Shown here in pieces: positions 12,264 through 24,445 of a stretch of 64,000 nt of DNA. The number at the start of each line of letters is the position of its first letter. The first letter of the stretch is position 1. The position numbers were made by a program, and so were the translations under genes. The stretch is from Torpedo marmorata (lineage: Eukaryota), in the NCBI GenBank assembly GCA_977017645.1, contig OZ360237.1, positions 39,060,001 to 39,124,000 on the forward strand, given 5' to 3'. The notes below the pieces were generated by a model that was not told the origin of the DNA, ran no database searches, and saw only the letters and a program-made list of their open reading frames with translations.

Positions 12264-14409
12264 AATGATGCGAGTTATTTACCACAAGATTCTTAACCTC
12301 TGACCTGTTCATGTAGCCACATTTTATATATGGCCACTCCATTCAGTTTCTGGAAAATGGTAATTCCCCCAGAATATTGAGAGCAGGGGATTCAGAGTGA
12401 TAATGTAATTGAATTTCAGGGGATGACAGATGAATTTTCTCTTGCCTGACACTTGTGTTTTCAAGTGTTACTTGTCACCCATCAGCCCAGGCCTAGATGT
12501 TGTCCGGGTCTTACTGCGTTTAGACGTGGACTGCTTCATTATCCAAGGTGTTGAACACTCCGCAATCATAAGCAAACATCACTAATTCGGACCTTAAGAA
12601 TGAAGGAAGGTCATTGATAAAGCAACTGAAGATGACTGGGCCTGGGTCACTATCCTGAGGAACTCCTGAAGAATTGTCCGGTGGCTGAGATGACTGACAT
12701 CCACCCACCACAGCCTTACCTCGTGCTGAGAATGATCCCAACTAAGGAACGGTTTTCTGTCCCATTCCCGTACAGATTTGTGTGGTTCACAAAACAAGTG
12801 CTAAACCATGGAGAGAACTTTCCAAAGTAGAAGAAAACATTTAAACACTGTCATGTCACAATGGTCAAGTGAACAGAAGGCTACGTGTCGCACATCAACG
12901 GCTAATGGGACATTAGATTGAATATAATCAGAGACAGAATGGCCAACAACAGCTGTGGTAGCAGAAGAAGCACCTTCAATCAAAATGCTGCTCAATTAGT
13001 ATGAAATTCACGAGAAATTTATGCTTTGTCTGGGAAGGTGTCACTTCATTATTTAAACCATACAACGCTGTGAAAAACAAGAAGGAGCAATAAACAAAGA
13101 AAAGAGCATGCCAAAAAAAATCAGAATTCCAAAAACCAGCAAAGCAAAAGCAATGGGTAATGCACATCATTTGTAGAACTACTGTATAAATGAAAAAAGA
13201 CAGAGTGCATGTGCAAACCTCTGAAAAACAAAGGATTATGACTGGAATTCCATGCTTTCATTAAACTGTAATTTATAAGGGCAGGCAAGGTTAAAATATT
13301 AATTTCAATTCCCGAGAAATACCAATTTTCAACTGATTAAATTAATCATCAAATCTATAAATGATGTTGTTCTCTTGTGAAAATTCTTTTAGTTTGGGAA
13401 AGAACAATTTGATATTTCAGTGCTGAAACTATCCAATAAATTAAGCCAGTATAATTAATATTCATGAAAGGTTTTTGCATTTTAAGTTTCCTGCTCCAAA
13501 CATTTTCTACTGTCAACTGCCCCCAGTTTGCTGTTCCCCTTTTGACCACCATTATTATATATCACTACACCAGGGAGCATGAAATAACAACTGTCCAGTT
13601 CGGTTTCCATGGTAATTTCACTGTGACTACATGTACTCCTGCAACAATGGAAACCTGCTCGTCCACTTCACGCCGCCAGCCTTGCCTAAATGCAATGCTT
13701 TAGGTCCAATTCTGAACTAATTACATTCATCCATTCCCCCCCCCCCACCCCCAATAACAAATGATTACAGACGAGAAAATAAATGCGTGCCAGGCCTTCA
13801 GAAGTCCTCATGTGAAAACTGCACTACAAAGCAAAACATTTCCTTTCTTAGACCTGAAGTTTCATTAATATATAAATGAAGGCACAGCAATAAAACCAGA
13901 CATTTCTCCAGTTGCTTAGAATAATTAAACTCCAGTATTAAATTGCCTGTCAAAACCACTGGCGGGCAAACTGATGACATAGAAGGGAACTGCAATACTG
14001 TATCGAGGAAACTCTCAAATAATTCTTCACACAAATCCCAGAAGCAACAGACACAAAAAAACTGAACATGTTGCCCATTTTCGTAAATCAGGTGTTGAAA
14101 AATTAAAATAAAATCATCATATGTTGTTTTTGAGCCATCTAATCTCTGCAGTCACACTTTGACCCCAATCATCTGACCAATCTTAATCCAAGCAGAGGTT
14201 TGCCTCAATTGCTAACTTTGCCAAGGTTGTTAAATTGGACTGTGGGAAAACTGTCTGGAAACCAACGTGGAAGAGATTTCTCTGCCCAGATGTCAACGGT
14301 GCAAGAAACAAGATCAGACAAGTTATGAATAAAAGGTCCCAAACTTTGACTGAACAAAAAACGTGACCGTTTCTGCTTACTGTCTTCACTGCTGCAGAAT
14401 GAGGGAATG

Positions 14410-14680
14410 GTATCATGGTCGTTAAGTTACAGGGTAACTACAAAACAAACAAGTTCAAATCCCCCACGGCACTGAGGAATTTAAATTCAGATTCGTAAAC
14501 ATATGTTCTAGATTTAAAAAGGTACCATGTGGAATGGTGACAATGAAACTCACAGATTATCATTGAAACCACTGGTACACTGACATCCTCTGGGTGGGAA
14601 ATCTTCCGTCATTATCAATTGGCATACAGGTGACTTCAGATATACAACAACGTGGCTGATTAATGAATGAGCAAGTTCAA
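14410..14680 (+). mobile_element. Ancient tRNA-derived SINE remnant (different family)
   Basis: B-box-like gttcaaatcccc followed by gaatttaaattca; highly decayed. Confidence 0.4.
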
Positions 14681-14694
14681 TCAGTTCAGAAGTA

Positions 14695-15419
14695 CAGTAA
14701 AAAAAAACCCGGTATCCGGCACCTACAGGGATTGGTAGATGCCGGATATGAAAATTTTCCGGTTGCTTGAGACTCACTCTTACAATTCCTAACTAATACA
14801 CCAGCATTAAGAATAAACAGTTTAAAAGACAAAAGACAATGCAAAATGTAAAGTAATTTGAAAAAAAAATCAGTATTGTAGTCCTTAATTATGTAAAGTT
14901 AACTTTAATCAGGTAATTCCCAGAACTTACAAAATTTAAATTCAATTCGAACAGCGTTGCGCTAACCACTACAACATCATAATTAACCCCCCCCTCCCCC
15001 AAGTTTACAGATAAAGCCTTACTAATATACTTAATAATATACTAATAAAGATAAAGACTCTTACTAGGCAGGGATAGGGAGACACTTTGGAAGAGTTGCC
15101 CCAGTGGTGAGCGGCATCGGCCAGCTCTTCATCCTGGGCGGCGCCATTTTATTCAAACACAACTTTATTGAAACTTCATACAAACAGCTGCTGCGGGCGG
15201 GCACAACCGGGGCGCGGCTGCTAGGCTGAATGTTTGCTCCCATCTTCACCAAGGGGTTGTATGTTGTTTTGGAGAACATTTACTTTTACAATTTTAAAGT
15301 TTTATTTAATTTTTTTTAATTCTTATTTACTTTAATTTTTATTTATTTCCTCAATTTTTTTTTTGCCAGTTGTTTGGGGTTGCCGGTTGCCTGAATTCCA
15401 GATAATGGGGATTTTACTG
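14695..15419. mobile_element. Tc1/mariner (Tigger/pogo-like) MITE, copy 1
   Basis: TIR cagtaaaa..cccggtatccgg / ccagataatggggattttactg, TA flanks; homologous to 46080-46822 and 48420-49132. Confidence 0.8.
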
Positions 15420-16159
15420 TAATTTGGCATGAGCAGCAAATGCTGACCTTGCCCATGATGCTCCAGATGGTGAATGAGTAAAAGCATTTCCATGGCACCA
15501 AAGAATAGCAATAGAAATGGTTAGTGGTCATATTAAATCTGCATTGCTGAGAGTTATTCCCATAGTTTTAACTATCCTTCAGGAATGAGGTTTTCTTTGG
15601 CTGTGGAAGGGGTGAGACAACAGTTCAGAGTAACAAAGTCAACTTCATCTGTGCAACACCCTCCCATGTAGTTCAAGTACTTACCATTTTTTAAATAAAC
15701 TCTTAACTGTCGGTGGGAATCATTGGAAAAGTGGCATGTAAAGAAATTAAACTGCAGTAATTTTATAGTTCCCATTGATATGGTTAAAAAAAAAAGCCGT
15801 TTATGTGCCTTTCATCTAATGTGAACAAGCTATGGATGACTGGAAAACACAAATCATATGAATGAGGAAATCAGTTTTGAGCCAGATTGCTGAGAGATCA
15901 TGAGTTTCAGTTCGAAAACATGCCAGGATGAATTTCAAAAGTTATTCATTTCTGAGCTGTGTTAACCTTAGAGTTACAAGGGGGGAATTTTTCATTCATT
16001 AACATGAAGAAACAGTAAAAAAACAAGTAAAGGTACATCATTGTAAATGCAGACGGATACTGGGCTGAGTTTTGATCTGCAATTCTGATCAGCCCCACCA
16101 GCATTCAGCAACACGAACAGGGCTTCCACACACATACCGCCACATCTGCATACTTGACA

Positions 16160-16375
16160 CAGTTAATGGTTAGCACAACACTATTACAGTGCCAGCGACC
16201 CGGGTTTCAATTCGGCACTGTCTGTGAGAAGTTTGTATGTTCTCCCCGTCTGCATGAGTTTCCACTGGGTGAGCTGGTTTCCTCCCACCCTTCAAAATGT
16301 ACAGGTTTGTAGGTTAATTGGGGTATTTGGGCGGCACGGGCTTGTGGGCCGGAAGGGCCTGTTACTGTGCTGTAT
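16160..16375 (+). mobile_element. V-SINE whose tail is split by a PLE insertion (tail resumes at 18801-18830)
   Basis: SINE core then gttactgtgctgtat | PLE | tactgagctgtatgtctaaatttaaa. Confidence 0.85.
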
Positions 16376-16445
16376 TAAAAAAACACAAATGCTGGAGAAA
16401 CTCAGCAGGTCAAACAGTGTCTTTTATGTAGCAAAGGCAGAAATA

Positions 16446-16486
16446 CATAACCGACGTTTCGGGCTTGAGCCCTTCATCAAAGTATG
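16446..16486 (-). ncRNA. Minimal type I hammerhead ribozyme motif in PLE terminus
   Basis: CAUACU-UUGAUGA-A-GGGC(UCAA)GCCC-GAAA-CG-UC-GGUUAUG: core boxes, 4-bp stem II, palindromic ACGU stem III, bulged stem I. Confidence 0.75.
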
Positions 16487-16669
16487 AGAAAATGCTGGCA
16501 GGCGTCCGAACAAAAGAGTGAGGGGGGGGGGGTGGCAAAGGCAGGAGATGATAGGTGGAGAAAGGAGGGAGGGGACAGCAGCAAAGAGGGGGAGGAGGGA
16601 TGGCTGGGTGGGTGGGAAACAAACAGGAAGGACAGGTGAGGGGGGAGGGGAAAGAAACGACAAGCAGGT

Positions 16670-18720
16670 TTAGTGGAAAGCAGAAAAGTCAATGTTAATG
16701 CCATCTGGCTGGAGAGTGCCCAGACGGAAAATGAGATGTTGTTCCTCCAATTTGCGAGTAGTCTGGGTGGGATAGTACATAAGGCCATGGACAGACATGT
16801 GAGTGTGGGAGTGTGACCTGGAATTGAAATGGTTGGCTACTGGGAGGTCGCTGTTGTTGCGGACGGAGAGGAGGTGCTCAGCAAAGCGGTCTCCCAATCT
16901 ACGACCGGTCTCTCCAATGTAGAGAAAGCCACAAAGGGAGCACCGGATGCAGTAAATAAGTTCTCTGGATGTACAAGTGAAGTGTAGTTTCACTTGGAAG
17001 GCCTGTTTGGGGCCCTGGACCGTGGTGAGGGGGGAGGTGTGGGCGCAGATGTTGCACCTCCTGCGGGCACAGGGGAAGGTGCCGGGGGTGCGATGGGTGG
17101 GGAGGGATGAGTGCACGAGGGAATCGCAGAGGGAGCGGTCCATACGGAAGGCCGAGAGGGGAGGAGAAGGAAAAATGTGTCTGGTGGTGGGATCCTGTAG
17201 TAAGTGCCGGAAATTCCAGCGGATAATGTGTTGGATGCGGGAGGCTGGTGGGGTGGTAGGTGAGGACAAGGGGGATTCTATGTTTGTTGCGTCTGGGGGC
17301 AGAGGGGGCCAGGGCAGATGAGCGGGAAATGGAGGAGATACGGGTGAGGGCTGAGTTGATGGTGGTGGAGGGGGAGCCACGTTTGTGGAAGAAGGCAGAC
17401 ATTTCAGAAGATCTGGACTGGAACACCTCATCTTGGGAACAGATGCGGCGGAGACGGAGAAATTGAGAGAAGGGGATGGAATCCTTGCAGGGGACAGGGT
17501 GTGAGGAAGTGTAGTCCAGATAGTTGTGGGAGTTGGAGGGTTTGTAGTAAATGTCGGTGGAAAGCTTGTCTCCTGAGATGGAGACAGAGAGATCCAGGAA
17601 GGGGAGAGTGTTATCGGAGATGGACCAGGTGAGTTTGAGATCGTGGTGGAAGTTGGATGCGAAGTGGATGAAGTTGACAAGCTCATCGCGGGTGCATGAG
17701 GCAGCCCCAATGTAGTCGTCGATATAACGGAGGAAGAAATGAGGGGTCTTGCCTTTGTAGGTTTGCAGCATGGATTGCTCCACAAAGCCCACAAACAGGC
17801 AGGCGTAGCTGGGACCCATGCGGGTACCCATGGCTACTCCTTTGATTTGGAGGAAGTGGGATGAGTTGAAGGAGAAGTTATTGAGAGTGAGGACAAGTTC
17901 TGCCAGGCAGAGGAGGGTGGAGGTAGAGGGTGACTGGTCGGGTCTTTGGTCCAGGAAGAAGCGAATTGCTTTCAGACCTTCTGTGTGGGGGATAAAGGTA
18001 TAAAGGGATTTGACATCCATGGTGAAGATGATGCGGTCCGGTTCAGGGAATCTGAAGTCATTGAGGAGATGGAGGGCATGTGAGGTGTCGCAGATGTAGG
18101 TGGGGAGGGATTGGACCAGGGGAGAAAAGATGGAGTCAAGGTAAGATGAAACTATTTCGGTGGGGCAGGAGCAGGCAGAAACAATGGGTCTGCCCGGATG
18201 GTTGGGTTTGTGTATCTTGGGTAGAATGTAGAAACGGGCAATGCGGGGGTGGGGGAGAATGAGGTTGGTGGCCGTGGAGGGGAGGTGACCTCAGGTGATG
18301 AGGTCGGAGATGGTGTTGGAGACAGTGGCTTGATGTGCAGTGGTGGGGTCCTGTGGGAGGGGTCGGTAGGAGGAGGTGTCTGAGAGCTGTTGACTGGCCT
18401 CGGCAAGGTAGAGGTCAGTGCGCCAGACCACAACCGCCCCGCCCTTGTCTGTGGGTTTGATGGTGAGGTTGGGATTGTTGCGGAGAGAGTGGAGGGCAGA
18501 GCGTTCTGAGGAGGTGAGGTTGGAATACGAGAGGGGGGTGGTGAAGTTGAGACGGTTGGAAATAAAAAGGTCCAGAGCGGGGAGCTGGCCAGGACAAGGT
18601 GTCCAGGAAGAGGAAGAAGGCTTGAAGCGGGAGAAAGGGTTTTGGGTGGGGGGTGGAGAGTCACGGTCATGGAAGTGAGCTCGGAGGCGGAAGCGACTGA
18701 AGAAGAGTTCAGCATCGCGC
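16670..18720 (-). pseudogene. PLE RT-GIY-YIG polyprotein ORF, 5' truncated and frameshifted near 17240
   Basis: RT in ORF 16899..18020, endonuclease in ORF 16670..17794. Confidence 0.85.
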
Positions 18721-18728
18721 CATGTGCG

Positions 18729-18800
18729 GATTTTCGTGTTTTACTTCTGAACTACAGATTTTCGTGTTTTACTTCTGAACTACAGATTTTCGTGTTTTAC
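18729..18800 (+). repeat. About 2.6 tandem copies of a 28-bp unit derived from the PLE extreme terminus
   Basis: Unit ctacagattttcgtgttttacttctgaa; matches terminus tctacagattttcgtgatttact at 29126-29148. Confidence 0.9.
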
Positions 18801-19219
18801 TACTGAGCTGTATGTCTAAATTTAAAATTTACTGCATGATTTGAAGCCGAATTTGCTTGATTGCTCCTCCCTCGACTCGGGTGCCCAAAGGTGGAGCCCA
18901 ATCTTACTGGGATTCTCTTGAATCTAGCTCCCTCTAGACTTGGCAGGTAATTTTAAATCCCAATAATTTCCACTGGGAAAGTCAACAAAGAGGAAAGTTG
19001 TTCTAGTTTCCTTTAATATTTTTAATTTGTTATGTGTTTAAGCTTATTTTAATCTCAATTATGATTTACTTCTTATATTAGCAGCTTTTGAATGTCACTG
19101 AAACAATTTAAAACTACTTTGAACGATTATGGCTGGCAATAGGTGGGGCTTTGCCAGCTCTCAAAGACTGTTGGGATTATTTTGGGGGAAGGCCTCATCA
19201 CTACAATCCATTGCCTTCT

Positions 19220-19839
19220 TGTTGTGTGGGAAGGGAAACAAGTTTGATGGGTTCAAAGAGCAATGAGTCTGGACACAGGGTGAATACAGGTAGGACCTTT
19301 ATTAAAACACACGTAAGGGGATCACAGCAAGGAAAACACACACTTGTACTCTTAATCACACAACACAGTCTAATCAGTCACATTGGACTTAATACTACCA
19401 ATACTAGCAACTGTGAACACTTATAACAACCAAGGATTACTATACGCTACCTGCCAGTCCTTGTCTAATGTGGGCACGGCTCCAATGCTATCTACATCAC
19501 TAATGTACAACAGCCCCGATCCCTACGTAGTACACACCTTACCAATGACTCTTTTAGCGTTGTCCACAGTTCACGGCCTGGAGTGGAACAGGGTTCATCT
19601 CAGGACCGAAGAGCAGAAAGAGAATGAGCTACTGTAAGTGGTGGACTTTATAGTACAGTCAGCTGGAGGGTCCAGCCCAGGTAATCACTAGGTGCACTAA
19701 TGGGTGGGCAGAGTCCAACCTTGATTGGCAGGTGATGCGACTTCCGACTAGGTTCCAGACAGAGAGGCCACATGACCCTCCACAATCCCACCAGGTTCCA
19801 GACAAAGAGGTCACATGACCCTCCACAATCCACACTACA
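19220..19839 (-). mobile_element. Solo LTR of an LTR retrotransposon (Gypsy/BEL-like)
   Basis: Ends TGTTGTGTGG...CCACACTACA (9/10 inverted), 5-bp flanks cttct/cttgt, minus-strand TATAAA (~19647) then AATAAA (~19298), internal ~42-bp tandem duplication. Confidence 0.7.
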
Positions 19840-20549
19840 CTTGTCAATGCTAAGAACACAGCAGGAAACTCCAGTTTACTGTGGTCATGGGGGTATCATA
19901 GAATGGATAATGCTGGCAGGGAAACTGGGCAAGATCCAACAGTTCCATGTTCCAGCTCTGCAGGCAAACATTTAGAAACTATGTGCACTTCAGATGAGTC
20001 TTGTGTCCATGTGGCAATTTTAATATGCGTGGACCTTAAATATGTTGAAATGGAGAGTCATACATAATTGATCCCAACGACAGCGTTCACAATGTTTTGT
20101 TAACAGCTGATCAGGTCACATCTCTACCTTTGAGAAGAGGTCACTGGTCAAGACCTGCAAGTCGGTTTCTTTCCAGTTTGTGAACATCACATCTTGTTAT
20201 TGTGGCCTCAATGTACCCATTGCCAAGGTCAGGTAACTCAGCAGAGAGACCAAGGACTGAGTCTGTGACCTTCTTTTGTACTTGCTATTGCTCTACACAT
20301 CAATCTACAAAGGAACTCACTCGCAACAATTGAATGCTCTTCAAAAGTAGTCATTTTTTTCCATTCTCATGAGAAGTTGTCAGCTATCTTCAGAATGTCA
20401 CGTTTCTCAATAGAATTCGTAACTGGCTTATTCTTCAACCCTAAATGAGTCCTTTAGTCTGCAGTCAAGCCAGTGACATTTCCTAGGGATATACTCCATC
20501 TTCGTTTTTTTCAATGACATCAACAGATTTCTCTTGATAGTTGCGCAGG

Positions 20550-22735
20550 ACAACAGCAAACCCACAAAGGGTGAAAAGAGTGAAAATGTCATGGGTTCCA
20601 ATCAGGGTTTGTGTCGACAGCTGATTTTGTCTGGAACCACGGTTGGGGAAAATGTTGCCGATGTAATGGGGCAGTGTTTCATTGGGGAAGGGCTAATTAC
20701 AATGGTATTTGGCAGGAACCTGGGAGAGTAAATTGGGAACAGATGGTCTTGGGGAAATGCACAGCAGAAATGTGGACCAGTTGCGCAGATTCTGGGATAG
20801 ATGTGTTCCACTGTGACAGGGAAAGGATGGTGAGGTGAAGGAACCATGGTTGACAAGAGGGGTGGAACAGTTCGTCAAGAGGAAGAAGGCAGCATGTATA
20901 AGATTTAGGATGCAAAAGTCAGGAAGGGCTCATGCGAATTATAAGGTAGCCAGGAAGGAACTTAAGAAGGGACTTGGGAGAGCTATATGGGGGCACAAGA
21001 AGGTCTTAAAAAGGATTAACGAAAACCCTAAGGCATAGTCTGTATACATGAAGAACTGGAGGATGTCTAGAGTGAGGTCGGACCATCGAGGGATAAAGGA
21101 TGGGAACATGTGCCCTGAAGCAGAGGAGATAGGGGAGGTCATTAATGAATCCTTTGTTTCAGTGTTCACCAGAGAGAGAGATCATGGTGAATGTGAGGTC
21201 AACATAGAGCAGGCAACTGCGCTGGAGCATGTAAAGGTTAAGAAAGTGCAAGTGCTGGAACTTCTTAAAGGCATTTGGATAGATAACTCCCCAGGACCAG
21301 ACGGGATATACCCCAGATTACCAGGGGAAGGGATGGAGGAGATCACTGGGGCATTGGTGATGATTTTTGCATCCTCCCTGGCCACAGGAGTGATACCAGA
21401 GGACTGATGGCAAATGTAGTTCCCTTGTTCAAGAAGGGTAATGGGGAGAATCCTGGAAATTATAGACCAGTCAGTTTTACGTCAGTGGTGGGCAAACTAT
21501 TGGAGAAGATTCTTAGGGACAAGATTTATGAGCATTTGGAGAAGCACAGTCATATTAGGGATGATCAGCAAAGCTTCATAATGGACAGATTGGGCATCAT
21601 AAGCTTAAATTAGTATTTGAGGAGGTGACAAAAGTAATTGATGAAGGTAGGGTGGTGAATATGGATTTTAGTAAGGTGCTTGACAACACTCCCTATGGTA
21701 GGTTCATCCAGAAAGTCACAAGGCATGGAATCCATGGAAACCTAGCTGCATGGATTTGGAATTAGCTTGTCCACAGAAGGCAGAGGGTAGTTGTAGATGG
21801 AGTATGTTCTGCCTGGAGGTCGGTGACTAGTTATGTTCTGAAGGGATCTGTTCTGGGTCCCCTGTTCTTTGTGATTTTTATAAATGGCTTGAACAAAGTA
21901 GAGGGATAGGTCAGCAAATTTGCAGATGACACAAAGGGAGGAAATGTTGTGGATAGTATGGAAGGTTATCGGAGGTTACAATTGGATAAAGTGAGAAGTG
22001 ATATACTATAGAAGGTCGAACTTGAAGACGGAGTACATAGTTAATGGCAGGATTCTTAACAGTATGGAGAAATAAAGGGATCTTGGGTTCCAAGTGCATA
22101 GATCCCTCAAAGTCAAAAAGACGTAAGGTGTACTGGCTTTCATTAGTCAGGGGATTGAGTTCAAGAACTGTGAGGTAACATTGCAGCCTTACAAAGCTCT
22201 GATTAGACCACACTTAGAGTATGTGTTCAGTTCTGGTTGCAACATTGTAGAAAGGATGTGGAAGCTTTCGAGAGAATGCAGTGGAGATTTACCAGGATGT
22301 TGCGTGGATTGGAGAACGTGTCTTATGGTTGACCAAGCTAAGACTTTTTACTTCAGAGTGACAGAGGATGAGAGGTGACTTAATCAAGGTGCATAAGATT
22401 ATGAGAGGCATAGAGGTGAAGAGCCAGCACCTTTTTCTCAGGGCGACAATGGCAATGACCAGATCCGTGAGTGGAGGAAAATTTTGCGGCGACAAGTTTT
22501 TTTTTGTTTTACACACAGAATGGTAGGTGCCTGGATAGCATTGCCAGGGTTGGTGGTGGAGGCTGGTACAATAGGGACATTTCAAAACTTATGAAATAAG
22601 CATATGAATGTAAGAACAATAGAGGGTTATGGGCTGTGAGGTTAGGAAGAGTTAAATTGATGTTCGAATAGGTTTTCTAGGTTGGCAAAACATTGTGGGT
22701 CAAAGGGCCTGCACCATGCTGCACTGTTCTATGTG
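20550..22735 (+). mobile_element. Decayed 5'-truncated CR1 LINE (ORF2)
   Basis: SPGPDGIYPR, ANVVPLFKKG..NYRPVSFTS, KFADD, RPHLEY remnants with many stops; CR1 3' end at ~22700. Confidence 0.9.
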
Positions 22736-22865
22736 CCAGTGAGGAGAAAAAACTCCTCCTCCTGAATTCTATTCAGTGGACCCACAGGACATGATCAATG
22801 AAGTTAAACAGTTTGCCAATAACATCAGACTCACAAAGGAGACGTGATGGCATCTCCTCTCTCCA

Positions 22866-23180
22866 GCAATTCAAGATTCCTTTATTGGCTTGTACAAAAA
22901 TACACATAATTTGCTCAATTAAATTTAAATATTAAATGTTGTTAACTGTAAAGGCACAGAAATAAGCCCCACTAGCCCAGCGCCCCCACCAATAAAAGAA
23001 AGAGAAGCAAAAGAAAGTCCCTTCAGAGACACCGAGAGTCCGTGGATTTGCCTCCTGCGCTCCTGTTACCAGAGCAGCTGCTGCACGGCCTCCTGTCCAT
23101 TCCAGCAGTGAACCCGAGCTCCTTGTTCCAAAGTCCCAATACGCTTCGGAAGTTGTTAACACCCTAACACCCTAACTGCC
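22866..23180 (-). mobile_element. 3' fragment of the non-coding retroposon family seen at 30923-31805
   Basis: gaaagagaagcaaaagaaagtccc..gtccgtggatttgcctcc is homologous to the reverse complement of 31621-31680; aataaaggaatcttgaa tail. Confidence 0.6.
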
Positions 23181-24104
23181 AGCAATTGTCAGTGTCTGCG
23201 TGAATAGAGCAACAAAAGTAATTAGGGAAACAAAACAATTTTAAAAGAAAATCAGCTTGCGTCTTTTGTATCTTAACTTACAAATGAATGTTCGACTCTT
23301 GCAAATCATATTTATTTTCTTTTATCCTCTTCGTGGGGCTGCTGAGGTAATCACTGGACATTGCTCATGACTGTGAGAGTCTTGCATTTTTAAACTTCTT
23401 TGGAGACCATTTAACCCATTGGCTGCTTTATTGCCAAACATTCCTTTCCAAATCCTTCCAACTCCCTTCTCTGCCTCCACACTGTTATTTTTTATTGTGC
23501 TCACTGCTAGAAGGAACTTACTTCTAATTCAGTTTCAAATATTAATGAAGGATCTTCATGGCTGGAAAAGAATGGTTGAATACAGCCAATTGTCTAACTC
23601 TAGTTTATCCCTCTGGAGATATCTTAACATCCGAGCACCAATTTATTGTAACATCCAATTACATAATTCTAACATTTTGCTATCCACTGATGTAATTCAG
23701 TTAATTATTCACAATGCATTTTGCCCAGGCTGATGTCAACCCTAAAATTAACTTTTGCTTCTGTCAACCCACATTCCCTATATTTATCTCTTGTATTTAG
23801 TCATTAACAAACATTTTTTCCACAAGATTGCATCTTGCATGGTTCATTGCTCGCCTGTAGAACAGAAATCTACACGGTATGATCCCCCACTCGAGACATC
23901 AACCAAGTAGCTAACGGTCTTCTCATTGACCAATATTTCTCCTATTTCTTGGTAGCTAGAATTGGACACGGTATCAACAGATCTGCACAACGTGGAACAT
24001 ACTGCCTCAACTTGCATTGTGCTGCTTTAGCTGAATATGCAAATGTTCAGTGATTTTGGCGAATCACTGCTCCGTGTTTTTTGGTAACAATTAGTATCAA
24101 ATCA

Positions 24105-24445
24105 TGAAGACTCACAAGATCACAAGATATAGGAGCAGAAGTAGGCCAATCGGCCCATCGAGTCTGCTCTGCTATTCTATCATGAGCCAATCCATCCTCC
24201 CACTCAGCCCCACTCCCGGCCCTCTCCCCGTAACCCTTGATGCCCTGACTAATCAAATACCTGTCAATCTCTGCATTAAATACACCCAACGACCTCACTT
24301 CCACAGCCGCCCATGGCAACAAGTTCCACAGACTCACGAACGACTCTCTGACCAAAGAAATTTTTCTGCATCTCTGTTTTAAATTGACACCCTTTCATCC
24401 TGAAGTTGTGCCCTCTTGTCCTCGACTCCTCTACTATGGGAAACA
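24105..24445 (-). mobile_element. CR1 3' fragment
   Basis: ESRTRGHNF...NFFGQRVV remnant; (tcttgtga)n tail. Confidence 0.85.

Larger units (their letters stand above)
10366..12760 (-). mobile_element. Old CR1-like LINE 3' portion, interrupted by PLE, L1 and SINE insertions
   Basis: RT remnant GVPQDSDPGPVIFSCFINDLPS...MFAYDC (12520..12741), LKKLDATQD..., 3' end at 10366-10500. Confidence 0.7.
16376..18800 (-). mobile_element. Young 5'-truncated Penelope-like retroelement (probably Neptune-type), RT + GIY-YIG
   Basis: RT motifs MDVKSLYT, KGVAMGTRMGPSYA, FLRYIDD; linker CARRRCNIC; EN IYCIRCSLCGFLYIGETGR; 13-bp TSD tactgtgctgtat/tactgagctgtat (16363-16375, 18801-18813). Confidence 0.95.

Noticed and set aside
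13603-13616. RFX X-box-like gtttccatggtaat
   Set aside because: Single short motif, expected by chance without conservation data
18729-18800. CRISPR-like 28-bp repeats
   Set aside because: No spacers, eukaryotic context, and unit derives from the PLE terminus
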